Part shown: piece after piece, positions 39,918 to 52,892 of the stretch
How positions within the stretch are numbered: position 1 is the stretch's first letter
Layout of the letters: each line of letters opens with the position of its first letter
Assembly: GCA_963804165.1 (NCBI GenBank)
Contig: CAWDPO010000037.1
Location: 1 to 64,000 of the forward strand
Origin: an uncultured delta proteobacterium
GTDB taxonomy: Bacteria > Desulfobacterota > Binatia > UBA9968
Length of the DNA stretch: 64,000 nt
Direction of reading: 5' to 3'
Made by a program: the position numbers and the translations under genes
The notes under the pieces: model-generated
Database searches by the model: none
Told to the model about the DNA's origin: nothing
What the model saw: only the letters and a program-made list of their open reading frames with translations

Positions 39918-42900
39918 TGCGCGCGGGCCGCGCGGCGCCGTTATTCAAATATTCGTGCAGGAAACGCGCGGTGTGAGAGCCTTTGCCGTCCTGCGCGACT
40001 TCAAAAGGCGAGCCGCAGGCGACGACTTTGCCGCCCTGTTCGCCGCCCTCTGGGCCCAGATCGACAAGATAGTCCGCATCTTTGACGATATCCAAATTAT
40101 GCTCGATGGTGATCACGGTGTTGCCCATGTCGACCAAACGGTGGAGTATTTGAATTAATTTTTCGACGTCGACGAAGTGCAGACCGGTGGTCGGCTCGTC
40201 GAGCACGTAAAGCGTCTTGCCGTGAGATTCTTTGCCCAACTCGTAAGCGAGCTTGATGCGTTGAGCTTCACCGCCGGAGAGCGTGTTGCTGGCCTGCCCA
40301 AGCGCAATGTAGCCCATGCCGATATCATCAAGAATCTTGAGCGGCCGGGCGATCTTCGGAAACGCATGAAAGACCGGCACCGCCTCCTCGACCGTCATGC
40401 GGAAAACATCACCGATGCTTTTGTCGTTGAAGCGGATGCTCAAGGTTTCTTCGTTGAAGCGCTCGCCGCCGCACTCCTCGCAGTCGATGAACACGTCGGG
40501 CAAGAAATTCATTTCCTTGCGAATCTTGCCTTGACCGGCGCAAGCTTCGCAACGCCCGCCTTTGACGTTGAACGAGAACCGGCTCGGCGTATAGCCGCGC
40601 AGGCGCGCCTCGGGGGCGAGCGCATAGAGTTTTCTGATTTCGTCGAGCAGACCGACGTAGGACGCCGGCACCGAACGCGGCGTCTTGCCGATGGGAGTTT
40701 GGTCGACCTCGACGACACGTTCTAGAGTTTTCCAACCGGCGATTTCCTTGTGCGCGCCGGGCCGGCCGGCAAACTGACCGAGGTGGAGCTTGAGACCTTT
40801 GTAGAGAACTTCCCTGACCAGAGTGCTTTTGCCTGATCCCGAGATGCCGGTCACGCAGGTCCACATGCCGAGCGGTATTTTCACATCGATGTTTTTCAAG
40901 TTATGCGCTTTGGCGCCGCGAATCGTCAGCCAACCGGCTTTGGTCAACTCGCGCTTCGGGCCGAGACGTTTTTTCTCCGAGCGCAGATAGGCGCCAGTCG
41001 GGGAGTCCGGATTATTCTTGATTTCATCCGGCGTGCCGATCGAAACCACGTTGCCGCCGCGGACGCCCGCTCCCGGGCCCAAGTCGACGATCAAGTCCGC
41101 CGCCTGAATAGTCGCCTCATCGTGTTCGACGACGAGCACGCTGTTGCCCAACTGCTCGAGCCGGCGCAAGGTGCCGAACAACATATTATTGTCGCGCGGG
41201 TGAAGGCCGATGGTCGGCTCGTCGAGGATGTAGCAGACGCCGCGCAGATTAGATCCCAACTGCGCGGCCAGGCGAATGCGTTGCGCCTCGCCGCCGGAAA
41301 GGGTGTCGGCGCGACGATCGAGAGTCAGATAGGGGAGGCCGACTTCGGATAAGAAATTCAGACGCTGCTGTATCTCCCGTAAAATTTTGTCCGCCACCGC
41401 CTGATCGCGCACGGCGTTGCCATTCTCGGCGTGAGAAAGATCGAGCTGGCTAAAATAGGATTTTCGCATCGTCGACGGAGAGCTCCGTAACCTGCCAGAT
41501 CGTCTTGCCCTCGACTTTAACGGCCTGAGCGCGTTGATTGAGCCGCCGGCCTTTGCAGGCAGGACAAGGGGTTTCCGTCATCAGCTCATCGAGCTCGCTG
41601 CTGGAATTCACATCGCTCGCCTCCCAGAGTTCCTTGAGATAAGGCACGAGACCGACAAAGGCGCCGCGTCCCCGGCCGCCGTAAAGAATTTCCTCCTGGA
41701 GTTTCTTTGCTTGTTTCGCGAAGGGCTTATCGGTATCGACGTCGTGATCGTTCTCTAATTGCTCGAGCAAGCGCTGCATCGCGCGCTCGACCTCGGAGCC
41801 ATTCACCGACGATCCCGGCGATATGCCGCTTAGCGCGTCCCTCAGCGGCCGGCGCGGATCGGCGAAGATCAAGTTAGGATCGAAGTCCCAGGCGAAGCCC
41901 ATGCCGGCGCATTGGCCGCAAGCGCCTTGCTGGCTGTTGAAAGAAAACAGCCGGGGATCGAGCGGTTCATAGCCGATGCCGCAGCTCAGGCAGAAAAGCC
42001 GCTGATTGAATATTTGCTCGCCGCGCTCGGAGATCAGATGGATCACCCCGTTGCCTAAACGCAGGCCTTGATCGATCATCGCTTCGACCTCGCGGCCGCC
42101 GGCTTTGGTTTTACCGATGATGATGTCGATATTGTGTTCCTTGAAGCGTTCCAAGCCGTTGGTCAGCTCCGGTGCCCGCAGATCCACCAATTTCCCGTCG
42201 ATGCGCGCGCGTCGATAACCCAGACGGCGCGCGCCGGCGATGACTTCTTTGTGGAAACCCTTGCGGCCGCGCACGATGGGACTCAGGACCATGACTTCTT
42301 TGCCGCGATAGGAACGGCCGATCCGATCGAGGATTTGGCTTCGCGACAGCGAATGAATCTGCCGGCCGCATTGAACGCAATGCTGCTTGCCGATTTTCGA
42401 ATAGAGCAGGCGAAGGTAATGATAAATTTCCGTGACCGTGGCGACGGTGGATTTTTTGCCGCCCTGGCTGAGCCGTTGCTCGATGGCGACGGTCGGCGGG
42501 ATGCCCGCGACGTAGTCGACGTTGGGGCGCGCCATCACTTCGAGAAACTGGCGCGCATAAGCCGACAGACTGTCGATGTAACGGCGCTGTCCTTCGGCGT
42601 AGATGATGTCGAAGGCGAGCGAGGATTTCCCCGAGCCGCTAGTCCGGTAAAGACCACGAAGCGATCGCGTGGAATATTCAAACTGATATTTTTTAAATTA
42701 TGTTCCTTGGCGCCGACGATGGCGATGGCATTCTCGTCTGGCGTTGGACCCTTGAACGTTTGAACGCTTGACGTTTGTCCAGCACAGGCGTGAACGGCGA
42801 CGTGCTATCCTTTAGGTACGGCCGCAGATAGACCCCGGTATGCGACTGCGCGACCTTGGTGATTTGCTCCGGTGTGCCCTTCGCGACGATTTCTCCGCCG

Positions 42901-45564
42901 GCGCCGCCGCCCTCCGGTCCGAGATCGATGATATAATCGGCGCATTTCACCACTTCCAAATTGTGCTCGATGACGACGACGGAATGGCCCTGGTCGAGCA
43001 ATTCATTAAAAGCCCAAAGCAGCCGTTCGATGTCGTGGAAGTGCAAGCCGGTGGTCGGCTCATCGAAGATAAAAAGCGTTCCCGCTTTTCTCGCCTTCGC
43101 CATATGCGCGGCTAGTTTTAAGCGTTGTGACTCGCCGCCCGAGAGCGTCGTCAGCGGCTGGCCGAGGCGGACGTATTCCAGTCCCACCGCCCACAGCGGC
43201 GTGATGGCGTTTTTGATTTCCGCCGTGTCTTTGAAAAATTCCAAGCCTTCGGCGACCGTGAGATCGAGGATCTGGCGAATATTCTTGCCCCGGTAGGCGA
43301 CTTCCAGAACTTCTTCACGGAAGCGGCTGCCGTGGCATTCAGCACATGAAGTGTACACGTCGGAGAGAAACTGCATCTCGACTTTTTCATAGCCTTCGCC
43401 GCGGCAGGTCTCACAGCGCCCGCCTTCGACGTTGAACGAAAAGGTCGACGGCGTGTAGCCGCGCAGGCGTGACAGATCGGCGGCGGCAAACAAACGACGA
43501 ACACCGTCGAACGCTTTCATATATGTCGCCGGGTTGGAACGCGGCGTGGTGCCGACCGGCGATTGATCGACCAGCACCACTTCGGAAATTTTGTCGACGC
43601 CCTCGATGCTCGCGCAATCGGTCACGCTGGCGGTCGGAGCTTCTTTGAGCTTTTTCAAATTGCGATAAATAACTTCGTCGACCAGACTCGATTTTCCCGA
43701 GCCCGACACGCCGGTGATGCAGACGAACAGCCCCAAGCGGAATTTCCACATCGATGTTTTTGAGATTGTTAGCGCGGGCGCCTTTGATCTTGATCGACCG
43801 CTGCAACAGCGGCTTGCGGTTGCGCGCGGGAAACGGAATGATCTTTCGCTGGCTCAGATAGGCGGCGGTTAGCGATTGTTCGTCTTTGAGCAGAGCATCG
43901 TAAGAGCCGCGAACATCACTTCGCCGCCTTGTTCGCCGGCTTTCGGGCCGAGATCGATGATGTGATCGCATTCTTTGATGATCTCGGGATCATGCTCGAC
44001 GACGACCACGGTGTTCTGATTGGCGCGCAAGCGCTGAAGAATTTCGACCAGTCGGCGGCTGTCGCGCGGATGAAGACCGATGGAGGGCTCGTCGAGGACG
44101 TAAAGGGTATTGACCAGCGACGAGCCGATGGCGGTCGTCAGATCGACGCGCTCCAATTCGCCGCCGGAAAGGGTGCGCGATTGGCGGTCCAAGGTGAGAT
44201 ATTCCAGTCCGACACCGACGAGATAACCCAAGCGGCGGCGAATTTCGTCGAGAATTAAACTCGCCACTTGATCCATGCGCGCCGGCCGGCTTGAGCTCTT
44301 GAAAAAAGCGCTGCGCGTCACCGACGCTCATGGCGCTCACCTGCGCGATGTCTTTGCCGACGATTCGATAATTCAGCGCGTCGGCTTTGAGGCGGGTGCC
44401 CTGGCACTCGGGACACATCAAATAGGCGCGGTAGCGCGCCAGCAGCACGCGCACGTGCATGCGATAGCTCTTCCGCTCGAGGCGGCGAAACCAGCCGCGG
44501 ATGCCTTTGTATTCGCCGTCGCCGTCAATGACGAGATTTTTTTGTCCGTCGGTCAGTTCGCCCCAGGGTTTTTTCGTCGGTACTTTTTTGCGCTCGCAGA
44601 AATCGAGCAAGCGGCGCGTGCGGCGGGTGCGGTTGAGCCACGGTTTGATGGCGCCGTCACTCAGCGACTTGCCGGGGTCGGGAATCACCAGATCGAGGTC
44701 GATATCGATCACCCGGCCGAAACCGCGGCAGGTCTCGCAGGCGCCGAGCGGACTGTTGAAGGAAAATAGATTGGGCACGGGATCGCGGTAGGAGATATCG
44801 CAGTGCGGGCAATGCAAATGATTGCTGAACGGCTCGCAGCGCCACTCTTGCTGCGGCAAAAACAAATTCAGTCGGCCTTTGCCGTAATGAAACGCTTGTT
44901 CGAGCGAATCCAAGATGCGTTTTTTGTTGGTTCCTCGCAGCGCGAGGCGGTCGACGACGACTTGTAAAGCTCCGTCACCGGACGGGCGCGCGGCGAGCTC
45001 ATCAAGCTCGCGAACCGATTGGTCGACCAGCAAGCGGTGAAACCCGGCTTGACCCAGGCCGCTGCGTATTTCGTCCCAATTCACCGACGACGGCGGCAGT
45101 GGAAACGTCAAGACCACAGGCGAGCCTTCCGCCGTTGCGCTCAGTTTGGCGTAAACCGACTGGGCGGAGTCGCGTTCGACCGGGCGACCGCAGCCTCGGC
45201 AGAGAAGCACAGCGATCTTGGAAAAGAGCAGCTTGAAGTGATCGTGCAGCTCCGTCATCGTGCCGACGGTGGAGCGCGACGTCCTTACGGGTCGGCTCTG
45301 ATCGATGGCGATGGTCGGCGGGATGCCCTCGATGCTCTCGACGTCCGGCTTATCCATGCGGTCGAGAAACTGGCGGGCATAGGCAGAGAAGCTTTCGACA
45401 TAGCGGCGCTGCCCCTCGGCGTAAAGAATGTCGAAAGCGAGCGTCGACTTGCCCGAGCCGCTCACCCCGGTGACGACCGTCAGGGCATTGAGCGGGATCT
45501 TGATGTCGAGGTTCTTTAAATTGTTTTGCTTGGCACCGCGGATGTGGATGAATTTACCGTCCAT
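39889..45564 (-). CDS. uvrA: Double-length excinuclease ABC subunit A (two UvrA units fused), several frameshifts
   Basis: Four Walker A regions ([18 protein letters not shown], ..[20 protein letters not shown] at ~42580-42650, GISGSGKST), four LSGGE signatures, Zn fingers, FSFN motifs. Span equals about 1890 codons. Confidence 0.9.
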
Positions 45565-45621
45565 GGCTGCTTTCAGAATTAACGTTAGGACTTGCGTGTT
45601 GCCGATCGCCGGGAAACAATT

Positions 45622-45844
45622 TCACTGCAAGCGATATTTTTCCACGAGAATGCGGCGAAAACGCGAGCCGTAGATCAGATCGAAAGTTTCCTCTTTGTCG
45701 GGAAAGAGTTGCAACGCCGTGTGTTTGGCGTGGTTGACGACATCCTGCGCCTCTTCCAGGGTAAGATCGACGCGCCAAAGCAGCGCGGCCGCAACATCCA
45801 TCGCCCGGCCGCAGGCGGCGCAACTTGCGCTCTTCGGCGTGCAA
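45622..45844 (-). CDS. Small conserved hypothetical protein (frameshift near the N-terminus)
   Basis: MHAEERKLRRLR + AMDVAAALLW..LFPDKEETFDLIYGSRFRR. Confidence 0.6.
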
Positions 45845-46003
45845 CGCCGCTTATCTGCCGCCATCTGAATATCGGATTTCACGTGCCCATATTGAGAGAT
45901 TTTTCCTCCCGCGCCAACCTTTAACATCTATCACACGGCACATTCGATGCAAGATTACTGCGAGCCTTTCAAGGTCGACATTGCGCTTTGCTAATTTGAT
46001 CGG

Positions 46004-46686
46004 GTGCGCATCAGTGAAATCTTTTATTCGATCCAAGGCGAAGGCCGGCTGATCGGCATTCCGTCGGTATTCGTCAGGACCTCCGGTTGCAACCTCCGCT
46101 GCGCCTGGTGCGACACGCCTTACACTTCATGGCAGCCGGAAGGGCAGTCTTATACTGTTGCTAAAATTCTCCGCGAACTCGAAAAGTACCCGGCTCGCCA
46201 TGTCGTCATCACCGGCGGCGAACCGTTGTTGGCGCGAGAGATCGAGGAGCTCACCGCCGAGCTAAACGCGGCGGCCGCACATCACCATCGAAACTGCCGC
46301 GACCGTTTTAAAACCGTTGACCGGCGACTTGATATCGATGAGTCCGAAACTGGCGAATTCCACGCCGTGGAAAAAGGCCGGCGGCAAATTCGCCGCCACA
46401 CGAGGCGCGCCGCCTGAATTTTGCAGTGATCCAGCACTATCTCGACAATTACGACTATCAGTTAAAATTCGTCGTCGAGCAAAAACACGACTTTGACGAG
46501 ATTGGCCGGCTGCTCGACCACCTTGCGGGCGTCGATCGATCCCGCGTCTTCATCATGGCGCAGGGGACGACGAGAAAGCAGCTGAGCACGAAGGCGCGCT
46601 GGATGGTCGAATTGTGCAAGCGTTACGGCTACGGATTTACGCCGCGACTGCATATCGAACTATTCGGCAACCGCCGTGGCACGTGA
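46004..46686 (+). CDS. queE: 7-carboxy-7-deazaguanine synthase, radical SAM (frameshifted)
   Basis: ISEIFYSIQGEG, FVRTSGCNLRCAWCDT, VITGGEP, LKFVV, TPRLHIELFGNRRGT. Confidence 0.9.
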
Positions 46687-49600
46687 TCCGCGCGGGGCCC
46701 GGAACCAAGCCTTGTTCGACGGCTCGTCTGCCGTGCTCTGCACCTTCGCCGTGAACTGATGAGTTTTCGGATGTGCTGAGGTTAATTGAAGCGTGCGCCG
46801 GCGTCAGCGTGAGCGCGGGTTGGAAAATGGATGAGACGTTCGTGCTTGTCTTGGGCTGGCAGGTGTCTAAAGCCGCCGGCGGCTCCTTGAAGTTTTTGTC
46901 CAGTTTCGCGAGCAAGGTTGGCGCCAGCATCTTTAGCAGTGTCACCGGAAGCGAGCTGGTAAAATGATAGTTATCCGCCTCCTTGCCTTGGACGTAAGCG
47001 GTGATGACGCCGAAATAGCGCTCACCGATGTAAAAAACGAAAGTTGCCGTTCTGTTAGTCGCGCGCGACGTGAGCACGGCGCCGGAGCGGCTGAAAGTCT
47101 CAAACCGGTTGTCGCCCGAGCCGGTTTTGCCACCGACGGTGATAACTTTCCCATCGGATGTTTTAAAAACTCCGTTTAAGCGGCGCGCGGTGCCTTGCTC
47201 GACGACATCGGCCATGGATCTGCGCACGGTGGCCGCGACTTCGGGAGCGAGCACCCGCTCAGACTTTTCCGGGGCGCGTTCGAGCACGGTTTCATACGGT
47301 GTTCCGCTCGCAAAGTCTACGGTCCTGAGGCTCACCGAAGAGCGGCGCATGCCGTCGTTAACGAGAATGCCGACTAGGTCAGCAAGGGCTACGGGGCGGT
47401 CCGATGAGCTGCCTATGGCCGAGGCGTAAGTCGGCACCATCGTCTTGAAAGGAAACCCGAGCTTTTGCCAATAGGGGGTCATGCGGATGAAGGCCTCTCG
47501 CTCCATCCGGATGCGTAAACGAAGATCTTGAGCGCGGCGGTTGCGGCTGCTGAGCAGCCATGCCGAGCCGATCTGGCGCGCTTCGGTGCTTGCCGCGTAG
47601 AGATTTTCCCAGGAAAGACTGGGGCTTTTCGAAACTCTCCGGCGCACCAAAGATCGAGCGGGTGCAAAGCGAGAAGATAAGCGTAGTCGGTCAAGGTCAA
47701 GCGCGGATTCTTGTAGGCGCGAAACAATTTATCCAAATCCACATCTTTGGTCGGAACTTGGTTTTTTTCGAGCCACGCTTTGAGATCGCTCTCGCTCGTG
47801 CCGATGCGCCAGTTAAAAAACAATATGGTCAAGCGGCGCTCGATGTTTCCCTTTGTTCTGAGCAGACGGGCGACGATTTCTTCCGGACGACTGCTTGGCG
47901 TAGTTCTGATAAGCCCGGCGCAGCACCTGGCGCGATTCTTCGTCGGCGATTTCCTGGAGCATCTTCTGGCGTTGCGTATTCGCGGGATTCTCCAGCACAT
48001 CGGTGTAATCGTAAGGCAGCCGCGCGCGATGATAGCTCACCAGATCGCGCATCAGCCGGATGAACACCAAATTGATCGAATTACGAAACGCATCGCGCAG
48101 TGGCAAGATCCGTTCGTTGTCTTCCTTGTCAAAGTTCTCGAAGCGAAGAACTCCGCCGCCGGTAAAGAAATCTTCATAGGGACTGGCTGAGTAACGTCGT
48201 TCCATGGCGAGATCGAGAAACGGCTGTAAGGCGAGATTTTTCTCGTTCCGCAGCGTTTCGCCGGCCCATTTGGTCAACGGATCACGCGCGGTCTGTGCCG
48301 TTTGGGCCAACTGTTTCTCGTCCAATCCCGCCAGCTCGCCATACAGACCGGCCATCACTTCCAGATAATGGGTTATCGTGCGCAACTTGGCGGTGCTGCC
48401 GAACTCCAACTTTACGCTCTTATTGAAATCGAAAGGCGCGGCAAAGTTATCGGCCTGAACGCGGACGAAATTACCGCCAGGGGTCGCTTCCACCAACAGC
48501 AACGAGTAAATCACCTTGGCGGGATCGGCATTTTCCAAGAGCCGCTCACCGTTGAGCCCGCGAGCCCGGACGAAATCCGGGTCGGCAAGCCGGCCGAGAA
48601 ACTCGGTCACTTTCTTTTGCAGCGAGACGTCGAAAGTGCTGTCGACTTGCAAGTGAAGCCGGTTGAGATCGTAGAGATTGGTGACGCCGAGCGCCTCCAT
48701 CATGCTGTTGCGAATTGCGTTGGCGGCTTTGTTCTTACTCGACGAAGGTTGTGGCGGCAATGGCGCGGCCGGAAGAAAGTGGATGGGAGTGTCCTCGAGT
48801 TCCGCCGCGAACTCTCCATCGATGATGCTTTCGCGCGCCATCAGGCGCGTGAACTGGCCGACTTTTGCTTCCAATGACTCTCGTTCTTCGACCAGGAACA
48901 CCGACGGCGCGCGCACTGAAATGAGCAGCGTCAAAACATGTTTGAAGGCCCGGACTTTCGCCGGTGTCCGAGTGGGAGAATTCAATGCCGCCACGACATC
49001 ATCGAGGCGCATACCGAACCAGGCGTGCAGGCCTTCGCCGAGACCATGGATCTCGCCGTAGCTGGGCGCGGCGGCCAGCGGCACGGTGTTGAGATAATCG
49101 ACAATAATCCGCTCACGCCTGGCCCGGGTATTGGCGCCTTCGCGGTAGGCTTTCAGGCTTGCGCCGATGATCTGGCGGAGTTTTTCCATAGGCGTGTCCG
49201 TGCGGCCGTGGGGTGAATGGCGAAATTTTTCCAGCTGTACCGCGAGCGTGCTGCCGCCCTGCACCGATACCTGAAGGTGCAGCTTAGCGCCGATATACAT
49301 CACCGCTGCTTTGAGAATTCGATCCCATTCAATAACCGGATTTTGCCAGGGTGTAGCGGGACGATCGAGGTCCCGGTTCTCGAGAAAAAGCAGCGTTTTG
49401 ACCAGAAGCGGTGGAATGTCGCTCGACTTTGTCAAACAGAAATTCCGATTGGCCGTAGCGAAACAGCGACGCGCCATCAAGGCCGCGGATTTCGAGACCG
49501 GCATCGGGACGTTCCGGATAGGGCGGCGAAATTCCGTGCTCAAAAAGCGACAGCATGGTTTCCGATTGGCGAACTTGTTGCGTGAGCCGATATCCTTGGG

Positions 49601-49913
49601 ATTCCAAGCGGGATTGAAGGAACGGCACCTTCGAATAACCGCGCCGCTCATCGAAGGGTCCAGCGCGCGGAAACGCGATTTCCCTGCTGGGTCCGTCCTG
49701 CAGCTTGAAATACAGGCGCTCGTTGGTGCTCGTGAAAAACCATGACTGCAGGACCGACGTCTCAAATTCAATAAAAACGCAGAATAGCAGTATGAAAAAT
49801 ACTCCAAGCCCGCAGAGCCAAAGTTTGACACGGCGGTGGAAGACAAAGGCGCGGAGCCGAGATGCGAAGGTCGTTGTCCGCGGGAACTCAGACGGGACCG
49901 ATTTTCCGTTCAT
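46637..49913 (-). CDS. Large transglycosylase/penicillin-binding protein (frameshifted)
   Basis: N-terminal TM; LFLENRD, QGGSTLAVQLEK, GSTAK, SINLVF, GGKTGSGD across four ORF pieces. Confidence 0.85.
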
Positions 49914-50116
49914 GATGGTATTTGCCCAAGATTACCATAAATAAGGAGTAAAACTAAGAAAAAGTTGCGTTCAGCGCACTGCGTTGGACCGGCAATTATT
50001 TCGTTGGCAAATAAGCTCAACGGGGAATTATAATCCGCGCCAATGGCGAATCGTCATGAATTGGCAGCTTTTTTCCGAAAAAAGGACAATTGATCGGTGC
50101 GCGCTAATCTTGCTGG

Positions 50117-50845
50117 ATGGACATTAAGATGATGAACATTGAAGAACTTCACGCTTTGGTTGAAAGACGGCGCAGCACTCGGGGGTACGACGAAAGCCGG
50201 CATGTTTCCGACGAAATCGTCAGAACCATTCTCGACTGCGCGCGCTGGGCTCCTTCAGGCGGCAACGGACAGCCATGGGAGTTCATTGTCGTACGTGAGC
50301 AAGCGGCCCGACATCAGATCGCCGATTATTACATGAAACAGATGGAACAAAAGCGTGAAATGGATCTCGCCGTGCGCGGCACGGCGAAAATGACCGGCGA
50401 CGGCTTCCGCCATGCGCCGGTGCACATCGTTGTGCTTGGCGATCCGCGAGTCAAAGAAGCTTATCCGATTCGCACCAAGCTCGAAAAAGCCGAGTCGCAT
50501 TTCATCACCGGTTTGGCCAATGCGACGTTGCTGATTCATCTGGCGGCGACGTCCCTCGGCTTGGCGTCGCAGTATGTCAGTGACGCCAATTCGCCTTATA
50601 TGGAAACAATGCTCAAAGTTTTGCTGAAAATTCCCGAGCCATTGCGCATCTACCACTTGGTTCCGATCGGTTACGGCAAGGGAAACGTCGTCGCGCCGCC
50701 GCGCCGGAGCCTGGAGGAAGTTATCCATCACGAAACCTATGATATGAAGAAATTTCGCAACGACGATCAGCTGGCGGGTTTCGTCAGGACGCGCACATTG
50801 CAAGGAGCCTATGGCCGAAAGGGCGGCGCCCAAGGCGAACCATAA
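50117..50845 (+). CDS. Nitroreductase family protein
   Basis: RRRSTRGY, ARWAPSGGNGQPWEFIVV, LAATSLGL. Confidence 0.9.
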   Translation: MDIKMMNIEELHALVERRRSTRGYDESRHVSDEIVRTILDCARWAPSGGNGQPWEFIVVREQAARHQIADYYMKQMEQKREMDLAVRGTAKMTGDGFRHAPVHIVVLGDPRVKEAYPIRTKLEKAESHFITGLANATLLIHLAATSLGLASQYVSDANSPYMETMLKVLLKIPEPLRIYHLVPIGYGKGNVVAPPRRSLEEVIHHETYDMKKFRNDDQLAGFVRTRTLQGAYGRKGGAQGEP

Positions 50846-51015
50846 ATTGACAGCGTGGCAGATCCTAACGCGGCTGGTGCGAGCGACTCAGCGAAAGTTC
50901 TGGGAAAGTGACCAACAGACCGAGCTTGTTTTCCATGGTTGGCGGGTTGGCATGCTTCTACGGTTCGCGCGTGCTATTTTAGAGTAAACAATAATTGTTT
51001 GAGTAGGAGCGATCT

Positions 51016-52125
51016 ATGTTGGCAACAAGAGTGCTGCAAAAGGAAGGCACGTTTTACTTTATCGCCTATAAGGCGACGGAGCTGCTCGACCGGGTAAGTT
51101 TTTCGAGCCGCTATTATTTCGAAGGCGAGCAGATTGACGCCGATGAACCCGGCGACGATGAGGTTGCCAAGTTCATCGCCGGAATCGAGAAAAGCGAAAA
51201 ATCATTTCAACGTCTGCTTAACCGGCGAAAGATCGGCCAGATCGTTAATTTCTACGAGACGGCGGTCAGCCAGCCGCTGATTCCGGGCACGATTTTGCTC
51301 TTCACCGATGAGACGCTGCGCTTCCGGCGCTCGGACGCTTCGGAAAGCGTGGGTTTTCTAAGCGAGCCCAACGGCAAGTATCTTATTATCGACGGTCAGC
51401 ATCGTCTTGCGGCGCTGCATTTCTTCCGCCAAAGACATCCCGAACAGATCGATCGCATCGAGGTTCCCTGTGTGCTGTTTGACGGCAAGAGCGCCGACTT
51501 CGCCACCGAGATGTTCGTGATCATCAATTCGACCCACACCAGGATCAATAAATCCCATTTGGTAGATCTCTACGAACGGGTCTCCTGGGAAACACCGGAA
51601 AAGAAGTTTGCCGCCAAACTGGTCAACCTGCTTTACGAAGAATCCGACTCGCCCATGCGCTACCGCATCAATCGGCTGGGTGGGCGAAGCCGGCAGGAAA
51701 AATGGATTTTACAGTCGGAAGTGTTCAATGAGGTCTTCAAAGTCGTACAGCGAAACCGCCGCTTCTTCGACGACCACTTCGGTATGCGCGCGGACCGCGC
51801 CTACGCTCTCCTGCGAGATTATCTCAAAGCGGTGCGGGACGTCATGGATGCCGTTTGGGGCGACAATGAGAAATTCATGTTCACCCGAGACGTAACTCTG
51901 AAGGCGCTCTTTCGCGTGTTCGGTGATCTCATTCGCGACCGCAAGATCGTTCAGGCCTGGGATGACGAACGTTCACCCAAGGTTTTTACGAACGTCATCA
52001 AACCCTGGGCCGATTTAGCGCGGGAATTTCGCGCCGACGGCTTCTATGAACGTTTCGCGGCCAAGGGACAAGTGGAGCGCGTCCGGCGCATTCATACCCG
52101 GCTCGGTCAAAACCTAAACCAGTGA
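51016..52125 (+). CDS. DGQHR-domain (DndB-like) protein
   Basis: FQRLLN, IIDGQHRL, F.IINST; AGGAG RBS. Confidence 0.9.
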   Translation: MLATRVLQKEGTFYFIAYKATELLDRVSFSSRYYFEGEQIDADEPGDDEVAKFIAGIEKSEKSFQRLLNRRKIGQIVNFYETAVSQPLIPGTILLFTDETLRFRRSDASESVGFLSEPNGKYLIIDGQHRLAALHFFRQRHPEQIDRIEVPCVLFDGKSADFATEMFVIINSTHTRINKSHLVDLYERVSWETPEKKFAAKLVNLLYEESDSPMRYRINRLGGRSRQEKWILQSEVFNEVFKVVQRNRRFFDDHFGMRADRAYALLRDYLKAVRDVMDAVWGDNEKFMFTRDVTLKALFRVFGDLIRDRKIVQAWDDERSPKVFTNVIKPWADLAREFRADGFYERFAAKGQVERVRRIHTRLGQNLNQ

Positions 52126-52245
52126 TGAAACAGACACTGATGGATGAGAATTGGCATACCTGACGGCGGCTGTGAACGCGCGTACAGCGCCTTGACTTGC
52201 AGTGACAGTGATCGGTTCGGTTTCTTTCCGGAATCGTAAAAAAGT

Positions 52246-52281
52246 AAAAGCCCGGCTGGGTTACCCCCAGACCGGGCTTTA
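52246..52281. terminator. Probable bidirectional intrinsic terminator
   Basis: AAAAGCCCGG-CTGGG..CCCAG-A-CCGGGCTTT between convergent genes. Confidence 0.6.
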
Positions 52282-52312
52282 TGAAATTGGTCAAAAAATC
52301 TGTTGTGATCGT

Positions 52313-52738
52313 CTAGTCCGCCAGCACGCCCATATCTTGGCCGCCCCCGTGTTGAAAAATGACGCGCTTGCCGGTCTTCTCATCAATCTCGTTGCGCTGA
52401 CCGCCGGCTTTGGCGACATCTTCCGGCGTCGCCTTGTGGCTATTGCCCAGCAGAACCATCGGCTCATCGTGCGGATTGGACCCTTCATAAAATTCATGCG
52501 CCGGGATGCTGATGATCTGCCCTGGAGACAGCTCGTGCGATTCGTTCAGGCCTTTCATGATGCCGCGTCCGGTGAGCACGTAGTAGGTCCGGTCCGACGG
52601 GTGGTTGTGCATTTTCTGCACGTCGCCCGGGGGAAAAATCAACACCCAGGTTTCCAGGTTTTCCCGCCGGTAAAGATCGATGCGGCGCTGGCCTTTCTTT
52701 CTCTCCTTGGCGATTTCAGAAATATCCTTGACTTCCAT
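52313..52738 (-). CDS. Cupin-domain protein
   Basis: AGGAGGT before MEVKD; HNHP..YYVLTGRG..IPAHEFY. Confidence 0.85.
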   Translation of the reverse strand: MEVKDISEIAKERKKGQRRIDLYRRENLETWVLIFPPGDVQKMHNHPSDRTYYVLTGRGIMKGLNESHELSPGQIISIPAHEFYEGSNPHDEPMVLLGNSHKATPEDVAKAGGQRNEIDEKTGKRVIFQHGGGQDMGVLAD

Positions 52739-52892
52739 GCTGACCTCCTTTTGTTTTAGTCGACGAAACCGTTTCCTCTCCCGCTGCAATGAATCTATTC
52801 CCGTTGTCGAGGTTTTGTCAACGATAGGTTTGTTTGCCTTGGCAAGGCGTACTATAGAAAAGAGACCGTAGTTCAATGAAAGGAGAGTCGCG

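Noticed and set aside
39889-49913. Programmed frameshifting or true pseudogenes in uvrA, queE and the PBP
   Set aside because: Scattered single-base indels with intact motifs across unrelated genes fit sequencing error better; cannot be settled without reads.
50947-50965. Sigma-54 promoter (TTGGCATG...) before the DGQHR gene
   Set aside because: No GC at the -12 position.
46004-52125. queE + DGQHR as a 7-deazaguanine DNA-modification (dpd) system
   Set aside because: Separated by unrelated genes; no dpdA/tgt, queC, queD or folE in the window.
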